DNA of 64,000 nt, from NCBI RefSeq assembly GCF_009914755.1, contig NC_060947.1; one strand, given 5' to 3'. Shown piece after piece: positions 22,530-45,481 of this stretch. Made by a program: the position numbers and the translations under genes. Source of the DNA: the human T2T-CHM13v2.0 reference genome, Homo sapiens. The notes beneath the pieces are model-generated. The model saw nothing but the letters and a program-made list of their open reading frames with translations, made no database searches and was not told the origin of the DNA. Positions within the stretch are counted from its first letter, which is position 1. Each line of letters starts with the position of its first letter.

Positions 22530-22569
22530 TGGTTGTTTAACATTTTTATTTGATCCTTTTATTATTTAA

Positions 22570-22973
<404 letters not shown>

Positions 22974-23408
22974 TAGAGTTTTCCTCTCCCCTGCTGTGTG
23001 CCCAGCATGCTAAGAATGTAGCAGGATGAGCCTGTACAGACAAAACTCCTCAGACACCAGATTAAAGAAGGAACAGGTTTTCATTCGGCCGGGAGCGTCG
23101 GCAGACTCACGTCTTAAGAGCCGAGCTCCCCGAGAAAGAAATTCTTGGCCTTTTCAAAGGCTTACAGCTTTAAGGGGTCCACGTGAAAGAGTCGTGATAT
23201 ATGGAGCAAGCGTGGGGAATGTGACTGGGGGCTGCACGCGTCAGCCAACAGCACAAAAAGTTCTACAATGTTTTTTTCATACAGTGTCTGGAATTTACAG
23301 ATAACACAAGTAGTTTAGGTCAGGGGTTGATGTTATTATTTTTACTTTTTTTAACTCCTAGGGCTGGGCGGTGGTGCCAAGGGTGTCTGGCTACTTATCT
23401 TACTGAGG

Positions 23409-24456
23409 TGTAGGGAAAAGAAAGACAAATCAGACTGTGACCGTGTCTATGGAGAAAGGAGAGACATAAGAGAGTCCATTTAGAAAAAGACCTGTACTTT
23501 CAACTATTGCTTTGCTGAGATGTTGTTAATGTGTAGGTTTGCCCCAGCCACTTTGACCCAACCTGGAGCTCACAAAAACATGTGTTGTAGGAAATCAAGG
23601 TTTATGAAATCGAGGTTATGAAATCAAGGGCTGTGCAGGACGTGCCTTGTTAACAAAATGTTCACGAGCGGTATACTTGGTAAAACTCATCGCCATTCTC
23701 TAGTCTCAATAAACCAGAGGCACGATGCACTGCGGAAAGCTGCAGGGACCTCTGCCCTTGAAAGCCAGGTATTGTCCAATTGTCCAAGCGGGGTATTGTT
23801 TCTCCCCATGTGATAGTCTGAAATATGGCCTCGTGGGATGAGAAAGACCCGACCGTCCCCCAGCCCGACACCCGTAAAGGGTCTGTGCTGAGGTGGATTG
23901 GTAAAAGAGGAAAGCCTCTTGCAGTTGAGATAGAGGAAAGCCACTGTCTCCTGCCTGCCCCTGGGAACTGAACGTCTCGGTATAAAACCCGATTGTACAT
24001 TTGTTCAATTCTGAGATCGGAGAAAAACCGCCCTATGGTGGGAGGCCAGACATGTTTGCAGTAATGCTGCTTTGTTATTCTTTACTCCACTGAGATATTT
24101 GGGTGGAGAGAAACATAAATCTGGCCTATGTGCACGTCCAGTCATAGTACCTTCCCTTGAACCTAATTATGACATAGATTCTTTTGCTCACATGTTTGTT
24201 GCTGACCTTCTCCTTATTATCACCCAGCTCTCCTACTACATTCCTTTTTGCTGAAATAATGAAAATAATAATCAATAAAAAGTGAGGGAACTCAGAGGCC
24301 GGTGCCGGTGCAGGTCCTTGGTATGCTGAGCGCTGGTCCCCTGGGCCCACTGTTGTTTCTCTATACTTTGTCTCTGTGTTTTATTTCTCTTTCTCAGTCT
24401 CTCGTCCCACCCGACTGGAAATACCCACAGGTGTGGAGGGGCAGGCCACCCCTTCA
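23409..24456 (+). mobile_element. HERV-K (HML-2) solo LTR5 (LTR5A-like)
   Basis: Starts TGTAGGGAAAAGAAAG, ends GGCCACCCCTTCA, ~1.05 kb. TATAAAA at 23981, AATAAA at ~24274. 6-bp TSD CTGAGG (23403-23408 / 24457-24462). Confidence 0.92.
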
Positions 24457-24457
24457 C

Positions 24458-24937
24458 TGAGGGAAGAGAGAGACCCTCTCATATTGTTTTATGTTGTTTT
24501 ATACTCATTACCTGTTTTAAGAAAACAGCAAGGAAGTGAGATCAAAGACAGGCAGCCCGGCGCCAGGCCCGAAACCAGGCCTGGGGCTGCCGGCCCTAAA
24601 CCCAGTAGTTAAAACTCAACTCATAACTTAGAAACCGATGTTATTCATAGATTCCAGACGTCGTACAGAAGAACACTGCGAAACTCCCTGCCCCGTTCTG
24701 TTTCTCTCTGACCACAGGTGCACGCAGCCCCTGTCACGTACCCCTTGCCCGCTCAAATCAATCACGACCCTTTCATGTAAAATCTTTAGTGTTGTGAGCC
24801 CTTAAAAGGGACAGAAATTGTGCATTTGGAGAGCTGGGATTTTAAGGCAGTAGCTTCCCGATGCTCCCAGCTGAATAAAGCCCTTCCTTCTACAGCTTGG
24901 TGTCTGAGAGGTTTTGTCTGAGGCTCGTCCTGCTACA
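24458..24937 (+). mobile_element. ERV1 solo LTR (LTR2B/HERV-E-Harlequin-like), middle element of nested stack
   Basis: Starts TGAGGGAAGAGAGAGACCCTCTCATATTG, ends CGTCCTGCTACA; AATAAA at ~24874. 4-bp TSD TTAC (23400-23403 / 24938-24941). Confidence 0.85.
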
Positions 24938-25450
24938 TTACTTTTGTGGGGTTTTTTTTTGTTTTTTTTTCCAACTTCTTGCTTTTTCTCTCCTCCTGTC
25001 TTGTGAACTAGGCAAGGTGAGGGGAGGAGGGCAGCAGGAGGAGTACTGGTCTCCTTCCTTAAGAATATCCCTGGAAACTCTCTTTCCCATCTTGCACGAT
25101 GGCAGGTGAAAAAGTTGAGAAGGCAGATACTAAAGAGAAGAAACCTGAAGCCAAGAAGGCTGATGCTGGTGGCGAGGTGAAAAACCGTCACCTCAAGGCT
25201 AAAAGGCCCAAGAAGAGGAAGCCCCATTGCAGCCACAACTGTGTCCTTGTCAGAGGAATTGGCAGGCAATCCCTATATCTCCCGTGTATTCCGGGAAGGC
25301 CGTGTACAAGAGGAAGTACTCAGCCACTAAATCCAACGTTGAAAAGAAAAAGAAGGAGAAGGTTCTTGCGACCGTTACACAACCAGTTGGCGGTGACAAG
25401 GACGGAGGTACCCGCGTGGTTAAACTTCGCAAAATGCCTAGGTATTATCC

Positions 25451-26102
25451 TGAAATGCCTACCCTTGTTTTTACTTTAACTTGTTACTTTGAATATTGTT
25501 CTGCTTGTCTCTTTAATCACCTAGACCTGCTTCTCATGTAAATGAGACTCTCTCTAGGTGGGAAAGCCGGACAAACTCCAATTGACCACTTAATTTTCAA
25601 GACTCTAAGGGCTCCTCACCCAACCCCCTTTCCTAAGGAGTTGGCCTGGGTAAACAGATCCTCAGCATTTCAAACGAGCCCAATTAACTAATAAGGTACT
25701 GGCACCCACAATGTATGAAGTTCCCCAGGAATTTTCCTCCAAGAGATAACAACATAAAACCTTCAGTTTGTGTCCTGCATAGACCGTATATCTAATTATA
25801 ATGAAAGATTTAGAACCTTGCACCTGCTACCGTTGCTCTTCTTGTCACCATTTGTCTTTTAAGTTGTTTATCACTCTGTAACCCTTTTGATTTTTTTCAT
25901 TCTTGCATGTTTTTACTTCTCTAGAATTATTACATTTGAGTCCCCCTCCCCTTCCTAAACCTAGGTATAAAAGTTAATGGAGCCCCTTCCACGTGGCCGA
26001 GAGAATTTTGAGCGTTAGCCGTCTCTTTGGCCGCCGGCTTAATAAAGGACTCTTAATTCGTCTCAAAGTGTGGCGTTCTCACTAACTCGCCTGGGTACGA
26101 CA
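25451..26102 (+). mobile_element. Solo LTR (ERV1 class, family not assigned) inserted in the RPL6 pseudogene
   Basis: TG...CA ends; 4-bp TSD ATCC (25447-25450 / 26103-26106); TATAAAA at ~25967 and AATAAA at 26041. RPL6 sequence (..RYYP|TEDV..) resumes after it. Confidence 0.88.
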
Positions 26103-26200
26103 ATCCTACTGAAGATGTACCAGTTAGCACATGAGAAAACGGCGAGCCAGCATTATGCCCGGGACCATTCGGATCCTCCTCACTGGAGGCCACATGGGCA

Positions 26201-28072
26201 AGAGTGATGGTTTTCCTGAAGCAGCTGGCTAGTGGCTTGTTACTTGTGACTGGACCTCTGGTCCTCAATCGAGTCCCTCTAGGAAGAATGCACCAGAAAT
26301 TTGTCATTGCCACCTCAACCAAAATCGATATCAGCAACGTAAAAATCCCAAAACATCTTACTGATGCCCACTTCAAGAAGAAGAAGCTGTGGAAGCCCAG
26401 ACACCAGGAGAGTGATGGTTTTCCTGAAGCAGCTGGCTAGTGGCTTGTTACTCGTGACTGGACCTCTGGTCCTCAATCGAGTCCCTCCACGAAGAACGCA
26501 CCAGAAATTTGTCATTGCCACCTCAACCAAAATCGGTATCAGCAATGTAAAAATCTCAAAACATCTTAGTAATGCTTACTTGAAGAAGAAGAAGCTGTGG
26601 AAGCCCAGACACCAGGAGAGTGATGGTTTTCCTGAAGCAGCTGGCTAGTGGCTTGTTACTCGTGACTGGACCTCTGGTCCTCAATCGAGTCCCTCCACGA
26701 AGAACGCACCAGAAATTTGTCATTGTCACCTCAACCAAAATCGGTATCAGCAATGTAAAAATCTCAAAACATCTTAGTGATGCTTACTTGAAGAAGAAGA
26801 AGCTGTGGAAGCCCAGACACCAGGAGAGTGATGGTTTTCCTGAAGCAGCTGGCTAGTGGCTTGTTACTCGTAACTGGACCTCTGGTCCTCAATCGAGTCC
26901 CTCCACGAAGAACGCACCAGAAATTTGTCATTGCCACCTCAACCAAAATCGGTATCAGCAATGTAAAAATCTCAAAACATCTTAGTGATGCTTACTTGAA
27001 GAAGAAGAAGCTGTGGAAGCCCAGACACCAGGAGAGTGATGGTTTTCCTGAAGCAGCTGGCTAGTGGCTTGTTACTCGTAACTGGACCTCTGGTCCTCAA
27101 TCGAGTCCCTCCACGAAGAACGCACCAGAAATTTGTCATTGCCACCTCAACCAAAATCGGTATCAGCAATGTAAAAATCTCAAAACATCTTAGTGATGCT
27201 TACTTGAAGAAGAAGAAGCTGTGGAAGCCCAGACACCAGGAGAGTGATGGTTTTCCTGAAGCAGCTGGCTAGTGGCTTGTTACTCGTGACTGGACCTCTG
27301 GTCCTCAATCGAGTCCCTCCACGAAGAACGCACCAGAAATTTGTCATTGCCACCTCAACCAAAATCGGTATCAGCAATGTAAAAATCTCAAAACATCTTA
27401 GTGATGCTTACTTGAAGAAGAAGAAGCTGTGGAAGCCCAGACACCAGGAGAGTGATGGTTTTCCTGAAGCAGCTGGCTAGTGGCTTGTTACTCGTGACTG
27501 GACCTCTGGTCCTCAATCGAGTCCCTCCACGAAGAACGCACCAGAAATTTGTCATTGCCACCTCAACCAAAATCGGTATCAGCAATGTAAAAATCTCAAA
27601 ACATCTTAGTGATGCTTACTTGAAGAAGAAGAAGCTGTGGAAGCCCAGACACCAGGAGAGTGATGGTTTTCCTGAAGCAGCTGGCTAGTGGCTTGTTACT
27701 CGTAACTGGACCTCTGGTCCTCAATCGAGTCCCTCCACGAAGAACGCACCAGAAATTTGTCATTGCCACCTCAACCAAAATCGGTATCAGCAATGTAAAA
27801 ATCTCAAAACATCTTAGTGATGCTTACTTGAAGAAGAAGAAGCTGTGGAAGCCCAGACACCAGGAGAGTGATGGTTTTCCTGAAGCAGCTGGCTAGTGGC
27901 TTGTTACTCGTGACTGGACCTCTGGTCCTCAATCGAGTCCCTCCACGAAGAACGCACCAGAAATTTGTCATTGCCACCTCAACCAAAATCGGTATCAGCA
28001 ATGTAAAAATCTCAAAACATCTTAGTGATGCTTACTTGAAGAAGCAGCAGCTGCAGAAGCCCAGACACCAGG
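26201..28072 (+). repeat. Tandem array, 9 x 208 bp, of RPL6 pseudogene coding sequence (VFLKQLASG...KPRHQ)
   Basis: Unit starts agagtgatgg at 26201, 26409, 26617, 26825, 27033, 27241, 27449, 27657 and 27865; mirrored by the repeated 78-aa ORFs. Confidence 0.98.
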
Positions 28073-28581
28073 AAGGTGCCATCGTCGACACAGAAAAAGA
28101 GAAATATGAGATTATGTAGCAGCGTGAGATTGATTAGAAAGCTGTGGACGCACAGATTTCACCAAAAATCAAAGCTATTCCTCAGCTCCAGGGCTACCTA
28201 GGATCTGTGTTTGTCCTGACGAATGGAATCTATCCTCACAAATTGGTGTTCTAAATGTCTTAAGAACCTCATTAAATAGCTGACTACAAAAAAAAAAGGA
28301 ATATACCTGGAACAAGCAGCAGGTTCCGTAGCGGGAACTTCCTTGGAATCAAAGCACCTTAATCGGGAAGAGGTTTCCTCATCTCTCCTTCTTCTCACCT
28401 GCTTTCCTTTGCCCTGCAAAGGCTGCAGAACACACCGCCTCAAAACATGGGGCTTTGTCACAAAGATTTCTGAAACGAAAGCCAGTGAGAAGAAGGACAG
28501 ATGAGAAACCCTCTTCCCAATTAAGCCACTTCCTCATCACACCTTGTCTTACCAGGGACCAGGGACTCAGGTGCCTGGTTT

Positions 28582-32056
<3,475 letters not shown>

Positions 32057-32716
32057 ATCACAGAAAAATAGCTGAAGGCCACCGAGGCAGCTCATCCGTC
32101 AACACCCTCCACGTTTTATGTTTGAGGAAATCCAGAGACGTGTGTAATTGCCGCAGAATTCCTAAGACGTGTGTGAGCATGAAATGACATATGCACTAAT
32201 ACCTTTGCTGTAGGAAAAACACAATCTTCCTAGCCACGTTTACGACCCTTTCCCTCCAAGGGCTTTCGGATGCAAACGCATACACGCTAACGATGCAGAA
32301 ATTAAAAGGTTCTCAACGTCCCCTGTGCAACTAAGGGCTTTTTTTGTTTTTTTCTTTTTGAAGCTGGTGTTTCCAGCATTACAGGTCGCGACCACCCAGT
32401 TGCAAAAGCCAGGCACGGAGCCAGGGCAAGGAGGAGGCGTAACTTTCTTTCTGCAAAGCGTGCGTGACTTCAGCAGCCCAGGCAAGATCCACAGAGGGTC
32501 CAGAAATAAGGCTCGGCCAAGAAGAAAATAGAAAATTGCTTGCTCGCTTGTAAAATTTAACTGTTCTTTGCAATGGCAGGAGCCACGATTTTTTTTTTTA
32601 ATAACATGAATGCGTGAGTATGTGTGTCTAAGTGGACTTTGCCTCTAAGAACTTGGTAAAAAGCGATTTTAACTTCAGCCTTGGAGGGAATCTCTCAACC
32701 CACAGAGCTCAGCACG

Positions 32717-33057
32717 TCTTAAATTCATGGAGTTTTTGGCAAGCGCATGGGGGCACCGTCTCTAGCCCCTAAATACTCATTTTATGCGATTTTTTTTTTT
32801 CATCTTAAATTCATGGAGTTTTTGGCAAGCGCATGGGGGCACCGTCTCTAGCCTCCAAATACTCATTTTATGCGATTTTTTTTTTCATCTTAAATTCATG
32901 GAGTTTTTGGCAAGCGCATGGGGGCACCGTCTCTAGCCTCCAAATACTCATTTTATGCGATTTTTTTTTTCATCTTAAATTCATGGAGTTTTTGGCAAGC
33001 GCATGGGGGCACCGTCTCTAGCCCCTAAATACTCATTTTATGAGATTTTTTTTTTCA
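32717..33057. repeat. 85-86-bp tandem repeat, 4 near-identical copies
   Basis: tcttaaattcatggag at 32717, 32803, 32888 and 32973. Confidence 0.97.
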
Positions 33058-33130
33058 GTTGAAGAAAATGTCAAAAGGTTGTCACAGCTGTGTGGAGGAA
33101 AAGTTAAACATTAAATTTGAACTCAATTGA

Positions 33131-37535
<4,405 letters not shown>

Positions 37536-37618
37536 ACTGCTTTGACACAGTGAGTTAAAAAATCTATAAATACTCCATGATGTGGATGGTGATTCACAGA
37601 ACTTTCCACAACTTTTAG

Positions 37619-37870
<252 letters not shown>

Positions 37871-38198
37871 TGAGCTCCTGACCTCAAGTGATCCGCCCGC
37901 CTCGACCTCCCAAAGTGCTGGGATTACAGGCGTGAGCCACCACACCTGACCACTAAGATATCTTTTTTTTTTTTTTTTTGAGATGGAGTCTCACTCTCGC
38001 CCAGGCCAGAGTGCAGTGGTGTGATCTCGGCTCACTGCGACCTCTGCCCCAAGTTCAAGCAATTCTCCTGCCTCAGCCTCCCGAGTAGCTGGGACTACAG
38101 ATGCCCGCCACCATGCACGGCTATTTTTTTGTATTTTTAGTAGAGACGGGGTTTCACCGTGTTGGCCAGACTGGTCTGGAGCTCCTGACCTCCAGTGA

Positions 38199-38508
<310 letters not shown>

Positions 38509-39016
38509 TGATCCACCGGCCTCGGCCTCCCAAAGTGCTGGGATGACAGGCGCGAGCCACTGCGCCCAGCCAGTAGTTTCTTTTATGAGATGGAATCTGC
38601 TCATTTGAAAATACATTTTTTTTTTGCAAAAATCTTCAGACAATACTGAGTGTATCACAAAAATTAGCCACCACACCCAGCTAATTTTCTTTTATTATTA
38701 TTTTTTGTAGAGATGGGGTCTTGCCGTGTTGTCCAGGCTGGTCTTGAACTCCTGCGCTCAAGGGATCCTCCCAGCCCAGCCTTCCCAAAGTACTGGGATG
38801 ACAGGAGTGAGCCACTGCACCTGGCTTCTCGGTTCTTTGTTATCTGCCTTTTTAAGTCACACTCGGGGCCGGGAACACCCAGGTTTTCACCTAGGGCTTT
38901 CGGCTGTGAACCTGCCATGTCTGCTACTGATCAGAAGTAATGATTATTTCAGAGGAGAGGGACAGGGGCCTCCCTCTGATTCACAATGTTCCCCAAAGGA
39001 GAGATAGCATCTGTGA

Positions 39017-39277
<261 letters not shown>

Positions 39278-39564
39278 TAGCTGGGATTACAGGCACCTGC
39301 CACCACCCCCGGCTAATTTTTGTATTTTTAGTAGAGACAGGGTTTCGCCATGTTGGTCAGGCTGGTCTCGAACTCCTGACCTCAAGTGATCCACCCGCCT
39401 CGGCCTCCCAAAGTGCTGGGATTACAGACGTCAGCCACTGCGGACAGCCTTAAAACTCAATTTCCAGTACCCCACTGAGGAAAAAAGACAACGTGGTCAT
39501 CGGCTTGCTGTGGGGTGAACACTGTCATCGTGACCCTAAACCTGAGTCCCTGGGTTCCCATTTA

Positions 39565-39944
<380 letters not shown>

Positions 39945-40134
39945 TGAGTAACTGGGATTACAGGTGCTCGCCACCACCGCCTGGCTGATTTTTATATTTT
40001 TGATAGAGACGGGGTTTCACCATGTTGGCCAGGCTGGTCTCGAACTCATGAGCTCAGGAGATCCACCCACAGCGGCCTCCCAATGTGCTGGGATGACAGG
40101 CGTGAGCCACTGCGCCTGTATACACTTATTTTTA

Positions 40135-40593
<459 letters not shown>

Positions 40594-40709
40594 TCACTCT
40601 GTCGCCCAGGCTGGAATGCAGTGGCACAATCTCGGCTTCATTTGCAACAATGTATAAACCTAGAAAACCTGAGACAGGTCGGGGCACAGCTTGGTTTTTT
40701 TTGTTTTGA

Positions 40710-41249
<540 letters not shown>

Positions 41250-41579
41250 TAAAAATACAAAAATTAGCCAGGCGTGGTGGCTTACGCCTGTCATCCCAGC
41301 ACTTTGGGAGTCTGAGGCAGGTGGATCACCTGAGGTCAGGAGTTTGAGACCAGCCTGGCCAACATGGCAAAACCCCGTGTCTACTAAAAATACAAAAATT
41401 AGCCAGGTGTGGTGGCGGGCACCTGTTATCCCACCTATTTGGGAGTCTGAGGCAGGAGAATCGCTTGAACTCGGGAGGCGGAGGTTGCGGTGAGCCAAGA
41501 TCGTGCCCCTGCATTCCAGCCTGGGTGACAGAGTGAGACTCTGTCTCAGAAAAAAAGATAAAAGAAAACAGAAAAAAAA

Positions 41580-41846
41580 GAACCTTTGTTTCCGCCCAGA
41601 AAGGCAGGGACAGCACAAAGCCAGGAGCAGGTTTCCAGGTAACAGGTAGGTGGGAGACAGATGGTTGCACTGTTTTGAGTTTCTGATAACCTTTTTTGAA
41701 GGAGGAGATCAGATGTGGGTCTATCTCACTGAGCAGAGGGGTGACTTTGAGTACAATGGGAGGCAGGTTTGCCTGTAGCAGTTCCCAGCTTGAATTTTCC
41801 TTTTAGCTTCCTGATTTGGAAGGGGCCCAAGATGTTTTCCTTCCAC
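41580..41846 (-). mobile_element. MER4A-like LTR fragment
   Basis: gcagttcccagcttgaattttccttttagc...ggggcccaagatgttttccttccac resembles the recalled MER4A 5' end in reverse. Confidence 0.6.
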
Positions 41847-41854
41847 GCTATACG

Positions 41855-42000
41855 CTGTGGAATATACTACACAGCCATAAAAATGAAGGAAATAAGGTTC
41901 TGTGCAGCAACCTGGATGCCGCTGGAGGGCATTATCCTAAGAGAATTAACAAAGGAACAGAAAACCAAACACTGCAGGTTCTCACTTTGTAAGTAGAAAC
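41855..42000 (+). mobile_element. Old L1 fragment (3' end of ORF2 region)
   Basis: ggaatatactacacagccataaaaa...gcagcaacctggatg...ggcattatcctaag...gttctcact. Confidence 0.75.
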
Positions 42001-42373
42001 TGTATATGTATATGTGTATATATATGTATTTGTATATGTATATGTATATGCATTTGTATATGTATTTGCATATGTATATGTATTTGTATATGTATTTGTA
42101 TATGTATATGTATTTGTATATGTATTTGCATATGTATATGTATATGTATTTGTATATGTATACATATATATGCACTCTGTAACATTGATAACACACACTA
42201 TAAGATTGCTATCCACTATTAGCATCTATATATACATCTATATATATAGTGTGTATATATATTTACACTATATATATATCTATACATCCATATATAGTGT
42301 GTATATATAGTGTGTGTATATATATAGTGTGTGTATATATATAGTGTGTGTATATATATATAGTGTGTGTGTG

Positions 42374-42428
<55 letters not shown>

Positions 42429-42446
42429 TGTGTGTATATATATACT
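42001..42446. repeat. (TATG)n/(TA)n compound microsatellites
   Basis: Direct reading. Confidence 0.9.
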
Positions 42447-42551
42447 ATAAGATTGCTGGCCAGGCACGGTGGCTCACGCCTGTAATCCCAGCACTTTGGG
42501 AGGCCAAGGCAGGCAGATCACGAGGTCAGGAGATCGAGACCATCCTGGCTA

Positions 42552-42779
<228 letters not shown>

Positions 42780-43084
42780 TTAAAAAAAAAAATCCTCTGA
42801 AAATCAGATGAGATGTCTCAAGCCTGTCATCCTAGCACTTTGGGAGGCTGAGGCGGGTGGATCACCAGAGGTCAGGAATTTGAGACCAGCCTCGTCAACG
42901 TGGTGAAACCCCGTCTCCACTAAAAATGCAAAAATTAGCCGGGCGTGGTGGCGGGCGCCTGTAGTCTCAGCTACTCAGGAGGGTGAGGCAGGAGAATCAC
43001 TTCAACCCGGGAGGCAGAGGTTGCAATGAGCCAACACTCTGCCACTGCACTCCAGCCTGGGCAACAGAGCGAGACTCTGTCTCA

Positions 43085-43579
<495 letters not shown>

Positions 43580-44090
43580 TCAGGAGGCTGAGGCAGGAGA
43601 ATCGCTTGAACTCGGAAGGCAGAGCTTGCAGCGAGCCAAGATCGCGCCACTGCACTCCAGCCTGGGCAACTGAGTGAGACTCTGTCTCAAAACAGACAAA
43701 AAATCCTCCGAGAATCCAATGCTATGGGAATGGTACATGGACGGAACTGGGGACTCACAGAGTGGGAAGATGGTTTTACAGCATTTTGGATGTGCTGCCT
43801 TGGGGTTTATGTGACAACGTTCAGGCACGAAAAGGAACTGGGAGTAAATCTCCTGGAGCAATTGGCTCCCATCTGCCATCAAGCCTTTGAACACAGAGAC
43901 TCATGTGGGGGAAAGTTAGCAGGGCAGTGGCCGCATTAGGCGGTGAGGCTGGGTCTTCAGAGTCTCCTAGTCCTACCATCATTGGCGTGGAGACTTCCCA
44001 TCCATGGTGGTGTGGAGTCCCCGGGACAGTCCCCTCTGTCTTTAAATGTCAACGTGGATCCTGACGTTGACTTTGACAGTGGTGTGTCCA

Positions 44091-44354
44091 TCACAACGCC
44101 ACGTAGGAGCGGTCATTCATCACAAAGGTGAAGCCCCCGATTGTGACCACATCACCGCCTTGGAGGGGCTGGTGGGGAAGCTGGAGGGATCCCCCAGAGG
44201 CCTCTTTCTCCTCGGTCTGTGGGTCCAGCATCCTGGGAAACTCGGCTTCAGTCTTGGCCAACTGGACTACCAGGGGCTCCTCGGGGCCACTTTCTTGCTC
44301 TGCACCTGCCATCTTGTGGAGGTGGGCCACGTTCTGGGTGTCTGTGATCCACTC
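44091..44354 (-). CDS. CRLF2: CRLF2 exon 8 coding part (EWITDTQNVAHLHKM...FVMNDRSYVAL*)
   Basis: ORF 44091..44330 extended to the acceptor tag|GAG at 44355-44357. TGA at 44091-44093. With 79 coding nt from exon 1 the exon lengths give a 371-aa protein. Confidence 0.97.
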   Translation of the reverse strand, partial: EWITDTQNVAHLHKMAGAEQESGPEEPLVVQLAKTEAEFPRMLDPQTEEKEASGGSLQLPHQPLQGGDVVTIGGFTFVMNDRSYVAL

Positions 44355-44453
44355 CTACCAGGAAGAACATTCTAGCTCAAACACAGTGGACACACCACAC
44401 ACAGCGTCCTGAGCATCCGTACAGACGGTACCCACCACAGACATCCCTGGACA

Positions 44454-44489
44454 TCTTTCTCTTTCTTTCTCTCTCTTTCTTTTCTTTTC

Positions 44490-44545
<56 letters not shown>

Positions 44546-44547
44546 TC

Positions 44548-44597
<50 letters not shown>

Positions 44598-44633
44598 CTT
44601 TCTTTCTTTCTCTCTTTCTCTCTTTCTTTCTTC
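44454..44633. repeat. (TTTC)n tetranucleotide repeat in CRLF2 intron 7
   Basis: Direct reading. Confidence 0.95.
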
Positions 44634-44777
44634 CCAAGAAACAACACCATTCCCAATGGAACAGGAAAGCCCTCTCATCTGGGAGGTCTAAGCCCCTACA
44701 AAGCTCTTGTTTGGGGCATCCAGGAGCTCTGACACCAATACCCTTGTAAACCAAAAATAAATTTTTTTTTTTTTTGA

Positions 44778-44936
<159 letters not shown>

Positions 44937-45244
44937 TAGTAGAGACGGGGTTTCACCATGTTGGTCAGGCTGGACTCGAACTCCCGACCTCAGGTGATCC
45001 ACCCGACTCGACCTCCCAAAGTGCTGGGATCAAAGGTGCGAGCCACCGTGCCTGGCCCCCAAAAATAAAATTCTAAGCCCTCCAACAGACTGACGGACTC
45101 TCCAGTCAGCCAAGGTGATTCCAAAGTTAAGTTAAAACCTAGTTTGAGCCAGCCGGCCGCAGTGGCTTACACCTGTAATCCCAGCACTTTGGGAGGCCGA
45201 GGCGGGCGGATCACGAGGTCAGGAGATCGAGACCATCCTGGCTA

Positions 45245-45481
<237 letters not shown>

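Larger units (their letters stand above)
23017..25061 (-). mobile_element. ERV1 solo LTR (LTR6/HERVS71-like), outer element of nested stack
   Basis: Two pieces, 23017-23403 and 24942-25061, both homologous to the + strand LTR at 28582-30244. 4-bp TSD AGAA (23013-23016 / 25062-25065). Confidence 0.82.
25077..28297 (+). pseudogene. RPL6P: Processed pseudogene of ribosomal protein L6 (eL6), full length, disrupted
   Basis: 5'TOP-like ctctttcccatc, then ATG at 25099 ([20 protein letters not shown]...). Intronless through ...[13 protein letters not shown] (28252-28254), ATTAAA at 28271, poly(A) at 28288-28297. TSD aagaatatccctggaa (25061-25076) vs aggaatatacctggaa (28297-28312). Disabled by frameshifts, a small deletion, premature stops and an LTR insertion. 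Locus number unknown. Confidence 0.95.

Noticed and set aside
23409-24456. HERV-K provirus
   Set aside because: The TSD directly flanks a single LTR; no primer-binding site or gag/pol/env follows, so it is a solo LTR.
26204-28119. Repeated 78-aa RPL6-like ORFs as a tandem gene family
   Set aside because: Internal fragments of one disabled retrocopy; the 208-bp unit shifts frame each copy and there are no individual promoters or poly(A) sites.
44352-44357. TAG-GAG tandem acceptor at exon 8
   Set aside because: GAG is a very poor acceptor, so alternative use is unlikely.
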